Origin: the human T2T-CHM13v2.0 reference genome, Homo sapiens
Strand: one strand, 5' to 3'
Assembly (NCBI RefSeq): GCF_009914755.1
Contig: NC_060947.1
DNA length: 64,000 nucleotides
Under the pieces are notes generated by a model. It saw nothing but the letters and a program-made list of their open reading frames with translations, ran no database searches and was not told where the DNA came from. Below, in pieces: positions 58,580-64,000 of the stretch. The translations under genes and the position numbers were made by a program. Within the stretch, counting starts at the first letter, position 1. Every line of letters starts with the position of its first letter.

Positions 58580-60775
58580 TTTTTCCAAGATGGCAGATTA
58601 GAGGCTTTTAGCATAATTTAGCCACTTGGAAATAGCAAAATAGTGCATAAAGATAAACCCTGTGAGCTTTAATTCAAGAAGGAAAATAGGAATCTACTAG
58701 AATTGTGAAGGACACACAAGACCCAAGAGAGGAGAACATGGGCAAACAGCCTCCATGATGGTGTCCAGCTGATAAAAGTGAGTGAAGCCCGAGTATGTGA
58801 AAGAGGAAGAGAGCTGCCCTCTGTGACTCGCCTTTCCACTGGGGACCTGAGCAACCCAGGCCTACTGAGCATACTGTTTCTCCCAAGCCCTGGTGCTAAC
58901 TTGGAGACAGGCTTGGAAATATTGTGAGGGAAAGACACCAGGAAAAGCTGCCGACATTTTCTTAGACCCTGTACTAAGAACAGGATGCCATTTTTAATCT
59001 GGGTACATACAAAGTCATCCATTCTTTGGTGATGCAGCTGCATGGTCATGCAGGCCTTTTAGTCTCAGGCCAGAGATTGGAACACCTGCTCTGGAGTGGG
59101 GTACAGGCCTCCAAAGCCAGAACTGAGGAAAGTGCCTCAGCAGTAGGCACTGGAATGGTGCTCTCCCCCGTAGCAGCCTTAGGAGAGGAGGAGAGCGGCT
59201 ACAGCTGTGGTTTCTCCTGGGCAACAAGACTTGCAGCTAGGCCCAGGTTGGCAACCTGGAACTGGTCTGCATGTGTTACTGCTGGGTGCCCCAGCCTACT
59301 CCTCTGAGATTATGGTACAACAGGACCCTCTCTGCCCCACCCTCAGGAAGAAATCAAGGTATTTGGAGCAGCAGCCTGAGCTGTCCCACCCTTCATGGAC
59401 ATAGACATAGATCATGGTGCAGTAGGGCCCTCTAAGCTCCATACACAGGTAGATCTCCAAGTATTTGGAGAATCTCCTTGTCTGGATCAGTAGCTTCAGC
59501 TGCCACACTCTTCTTGTGCATAGATTGTGGCATAGTGGAATCCTCTAAGCTCCACACATAGGCAGATCTCCAGGCATTTGGAGCACCTGCTCACCTGGAC
59601 TAGCAGCCTGAGTTGCTCCACACTTCCTATGCAGAGATCATAGTATGGGGGGCTCTCTCCAATTCATGCCCAGGCAGATCTCCAGGCATTTGGAGCACAT
59701 GTTCACCTGGTTCAGCAGCCTGAGCCACCCTATTCTTCCTGGGCATAAATCATGGTGAAGTAAGACTCTCTCCATTCCACACACAAGAAGATCTCTAGGC
59801 ATTCAGAGCACCTGCTCACATGGATCAGCAACCTGACCCACTCCATACTTTCTGTGCAGAGATCCTGGTGCAGGGACGCCCCCTCTGCTCCACGCCAAGG
59901 TATATCTCCAGGCATTCAAGGATCTTCTTGTCCAGATTGGTAGCCTGAGTTGCCCCACCCTTTCTGTGCAGAGATCCATGTGCAGGGAGGCCCTCTCTGC
60001 TTCATACCCAGGCACATCTCCAGGCATTCAAAAGTATCTGCTTGCCTGGTTCAGCAGCCTGAGTCACTCCACCCCTGCTGTGCAGAGATCTTGGTGGAGC
60101 GGAGGCCTCTCTGCTCCACCCTGAGGCAGATCTCCAGGAATCTGAAGTACCCACACTTCTGGATTAAGAATTTCGGTCAGCACCCATCCTCATCCAGAGA
60201 ACTTGGGTCTGAGGTTTCCCAGCTCCACACCCAGGCACAGCTCTAAGTGCTTGTTGGCCACCCACTAGATTCTCCCTCAGTACTGGTGCTTCTGCCTGCC
60301 ATTAGGAGAACTTTGGGCAGACCTGCCCAGTCAAGCCCCACCTATATTGGCCCCCATCCCCCTGGGGCTGAGCAGAGAACTTAGACCACTGAGCACTCCA
60401 TGAATCAGCCCATTGCCTGAGGGAACAGAGAACTTCTTTCAGTAAATAAGGATGAAGTATATACTCATCCATGTTGACCACAGCTGGCTCTTGCCCGTAA
60501 GCAGCATGTTCTGGCTTGTAGGTTAAACTGTACAGCCCAATATAGAACCTGATGGCAGAGTGCATAAGGCTATAGAAGAAAAGCCAAAAGACCTTACCCA
60601 GCATTTTCTACAGTCACACCCCCTAGGGAGGGAGAAAAAGAGAAAGGAAAAGAATAAAAAATATCAGAGGGTAAAAAAGAAAAAAAATCCTACCTGAACA
60701 AAAAATAATTATAAAAATTAGAGGTTCAAGCGTCTCTGGGTGAGAAAGAACCAGTGTAAAATTGCTGGCACCAGA
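58580..60775 (+). mobile_element. L1PB-like 5'UTR and first codons of ORF1
   Basis: CCAAGATGGCAGATTAGAGG start; monomer array; A-rich tract then GAGAAAGAACCAGTGTAAAA ORF1-like start. Confidence 0.8.
59290..60160 (+). repeat. About 8 diverged tandem ~112-bp monomers inside the L1 5'UTR
   Basis: CAGATCTCCAGGCATT core recurs at about 59350, 59450, 59563, 59675, 59789, 59901, 60013 and 60127. Confidence 0.88.
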
Positions 60776-60864
60776 GATCTGGTTGGCACCCTGACCTCCA
60801 TGAGGGAGATTCAGCTCTATAAGTAAACACTCCGCAAGGCACAAGCATGGCCTCTTTCTATTTT

Positions 60865-61250
60865 TGAGGCGGTGGCTGCAGCAGCGACTCGGAGTGGTTC
60901 CGGTTATCTCTCAGCTTGGCGGCCTGGCAAGCGGGATGAGAGCTGCCACCGCCTGTCGGGCCCGGCGTCAGTCCGGGTCGGTACAGTGCGTGCGCTCGCC
61001 CGCCTGCCGCGGAGGGCCGTAGCCGCAGGGGAAGCGGCGTGGACCGGGCGGGGCGCGGCGCCTCGAGCGCAGCGGGAGACAAATGGGACCGGCTCCTCTC
61101 CCAACGCCAAGATGTGGATCCAGGTTCCCATCACGGCTCCAAGACGTGCACCACAGAGGACGTGTCTCACAAAGCCACGATTGAGGAGCTGCGGAGCAGA
61201 TGTGGGTGCTGTTCGACGTGCGGCCCGAGTGCCAGCACCTCTTCTACCGG
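60865..61250. promoter_or_regulatory. CpG-rich, GC-rich island-like segment (retrocopied UHRF2 5'UTR) with GC boxes
   Basis: Dense CpGs (e.g. GTGCGTGCGCTCGCCCGCCTGCCGCGG) and GGGCGGGGCGCGGCG at about 61046; activity not shown. Confidence 0.55.
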
Positions 61251-64000
61251 GGCAAGCAGTTTGAAAATGGATATGCCTTATTTGACTAGGATGTTGGACT
61301 GAATGATATAATTCAGCTGCTAGTTTGCCCAGACCCTAATCATCTTCCTGGAACATCTACACAGATTGAGGCTAAACCCTGTTCTGATAGTCCACCTAAA
61401 GCAAAGAAAGCTCCAAGGGTGGGACCTTCCAGTCAGCCACCTACATCAGCTCGTGCCCATCTTACTGATCCTAGCTTTGGACTATATAAGGTAAATGAAT
61501 TGGTGGATGCCAGAGATGTTGGCCTTGGTGCTTGGTTTCAAGCACACATACCTAGTGTTGCTAGAGCTTCTGATGGACAGTCACGTGGCAAAACTCCACT
61601 GAAGAATGGCAGTTCTTGTAAAAGGACTAATGGAAATATACATCATAAATCAAAGAGAACATAAATAAATTGGACAATGTACTCTCTACATCTAATTCAG
61701 ACTCTGTCGCTGCCGATGAAGACGTTATTTACCATATCCAGTATGATGAATACCCAGAAAGTGGTACTCTAGAAATGAATGGCAAGAACCTTAGACCATG
61801 AGCTAGAACCATTTTGAAATGAAAGGAACTAAATGTTGGTGATGTGGTAATGGTTAATTATAATGTAGAAAGTCCTAGACAAAGAGGATTCTGTTTGATG
61901 CAGAAATTACCACATTGAAGGCAATCTCCAGGACCAAAAATGAACTTCGTGTGAAAATTTTCCTGGGTGTGGGGGGGTTCTGAAGGGGCATTAAATGAGT
62001 GCAAAATAATATCTGTAGATGAAATCTTCAAGACTGAGAAACCTGGAGCCTATCCTCTTTCGTTTGCAGATGTAAAGTTTTTAAGGAGAAATAACTCTGA
62101 ATATGACCTGTGTGGTGGAGACCCAGATAAGAAATGCCATTCTTGCTTCTTTCATGTATATGGTGGGAAACATGAACCCAACATGCAGCTTCTATGTGAT
62201 GAATGTAATGCGGCTTATCATATTTACTGCTTGAATACACCTTTGGATAAAGTCCCAGAAGAGGAATACTGGTATTGTTCTTCCTGTAAAACTGATTCCA
62301 GTTAAGTTGTAAAGGCTGGTGAAAGACTCGAGATGAGTGAAAAGAAAGCAAAGATGCCATCCGCTAGTACTGAAAGCCAGAGAGACTGGTGCAGGAGAAT
62401 GGCTTGTGTTGGTCATATGACAGAATGCACTATTGTCTCTTCTAATCATTATGGACCTATTCCTGTTGGATCAACTTGGAGATTTAGAGTTCAGGTGAGT
62501 GAAGTAGGTGTTCACAGACCCCATGTTGGTGGACTTCATGGTCGAAGTAATGATGGAGTTTATTCTCTTGTCTTGGTTGGTGGATTTGTGGATAAAGTTG
62601 ACCGAGGTGATGAGTTCTTGTACACTGGAAGTGGTGGTAAAAAGCTTGCTGGTAATAAAAGAATTGGCACACCTTCAGCTGATCAAACATTAACAAACAC
62701 AAACAGGGCATTGGCCCTAAACTGTGATGCTACATTGGGTGATAAAATTGGAGCAGAGTCTTGGAATTGGAGAGCTGGTAAGCCAGTCAGAGTGATATGC
62801 AGTTTTAAAGGGAGGAAGATCAGCAAATATGCTCCTGAAGAAGGCAACAGATATGATGGCATTTATAAGGTAGTGAAATACTGGCCAGAGATTTCATCAA
62901 GCCATGGACTCTTGATTTGGCGCTATCTTTTAAGAAGAGATGATGTTGAACCTGCTCCTTGGACCTCTGAAGGAATAGAATGGTCAAGGAGATTATGTCT
63001 ACATTTACAGTATCCAGCAGGTTACCCTTCAGATAAAGAAAGGAAGAAGACTAAAGGACAGTCAAAGAAGCAGGCCAGTGGAACCACAAAAAGGCCGATT
63101 TCAAATGTCTAAGTGCCTCCAAAGTATACAAAGCATCAGATTCAGCAGGAGCAATTGAGGCTTTTCAACTAACTCCTCAACAGCAACATCTCATCAGAGA
63201 AGACTGTCAAAACCAGAAGCTGTGGGATGAAGTGCTTGCATATCTTGTGGAAGGACCAAATTTTCTGAAAAAATTGGAACAATCTTTTATGTGTGTTTGC
63301 TGCCAGAAGCTAGTTTACCAGCCTGTGACAACTGAGTGCTTCCAGAATGTCTGTAAAAATTGCCAACAGTGCTCCTTTAAGGCATAGGTTTTCTCCTGCC
63401 CTGCTTGCTGGCATGATCTTGGCCAGAATTATGTCATAATTCCCCATGAGATTCTGCAGACTCTACTAGACCTTTTCTTCCCTGGCTACAGCAAAGGATG
63501 ATGATCTGTCTGCTTTCACTGGGTTGTTCATGGTGGGTTTTTGGACAATAAAGAATCTAAAATGGGTGGGGAGGGTGGAATGGTGTACAGTATCTCTCAT
63601 GTTCTGAAGCAGCTAATTCTCTTTCCCACATAGCCATCATCTTTGTGTGTAGTAAGAGGCCCATTTCTCAACTGTCTTTTAAATATCTAAAGGTAGTTCC
63701 TGTAACAACTAGTTTTAATGAGTAAAAAGTCAAAGCCCCAGCTCTAGATGATATCCAAGTTATGATTTATTTTGCAACTACCTCAGGACAGAAAAGATTC
63801 ATGGAGATTTAAAAAATCATTGAATAACCAGTTAAATGAAATTTTAGCTACACACTGCCTCCCAAATATTAATTGTGCCTGGTTCATGTAATTTGATTTT
63901 ACAGAAAAGGAAATGACACTTGAGATCCTTGGAATGAACACAGCTTCTATAGTGTGCATATACTCTTTTAACATCTCTTCTTCCATTACAATGTGTGTGT
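60865..64000 (+). pseudogene. UHRF2P1: Processed pseudogene of UHRF2 (UBL-TTD-PHD-SRA-RING), with 5'UTR, whole former CDS (61112-63504) and 3'UTR running off the window
   Basis: MWIQV start at 61112; PHD LLCDECNAAYHIYCLN; [15 protein letters not shown]...[13 protein letters not shown]; end FPGYSKG; no introns; stops at 61287, 61799, 61820, 62303, 63385 plus frameshifts. Confidence 0.96.

Noticed and set aside
59290-60160. Regularly spaced repeats resembling a CRISPR array
   Set aside because: The whole ~112-bp unit is repeated and diverged, with no unique spacers and no cas genes; it lies within an L1 5'UTR in primate DNA

Overview
Primate (hominoid, because it carries an SVA; very probably human) non-coding DNA made almost entirely of transposable elements: mostly LINE-1 of many ages, plus about 15 Alu/FLAM copies, one full-length SVA, MaLR/ERV LTRs, a class III (HERV-S/HERVL18-like) proviral remnant and a Tigger3 fragment. 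Three intronless processed pseudogenes lie on the + strand: SHISA5 (short-isoform derived, about 21.3-23.0 kb), AARSD1 (about 24.7-26.4 kb, nested in an L1 and itself interrupted by an AluY) and UHRF2 (60.9 kb to the window end). From memory, unverified here, this trio matches the JPX/FTX part of the human X-inactivation centre (Xq13.2). No intact protein-coding gene, tRNA, rRNA or CRISPR array is supported, and I see no convincing new multi-gene system. The best leads are an open SRA-domain-only ORF in the UHRF2 retrocopy (which has a CpG-rich 5' end behind a same-strand L1 promoter), a frameshift-created 246-codon ORF in the SHISA5 retrocopy, an unusual cluster of about nine L1 5'UTRs, and several readable DNA-repair or slippage scars. 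Repeat subfamily names are by eye and boundaries of old elements are approximate.
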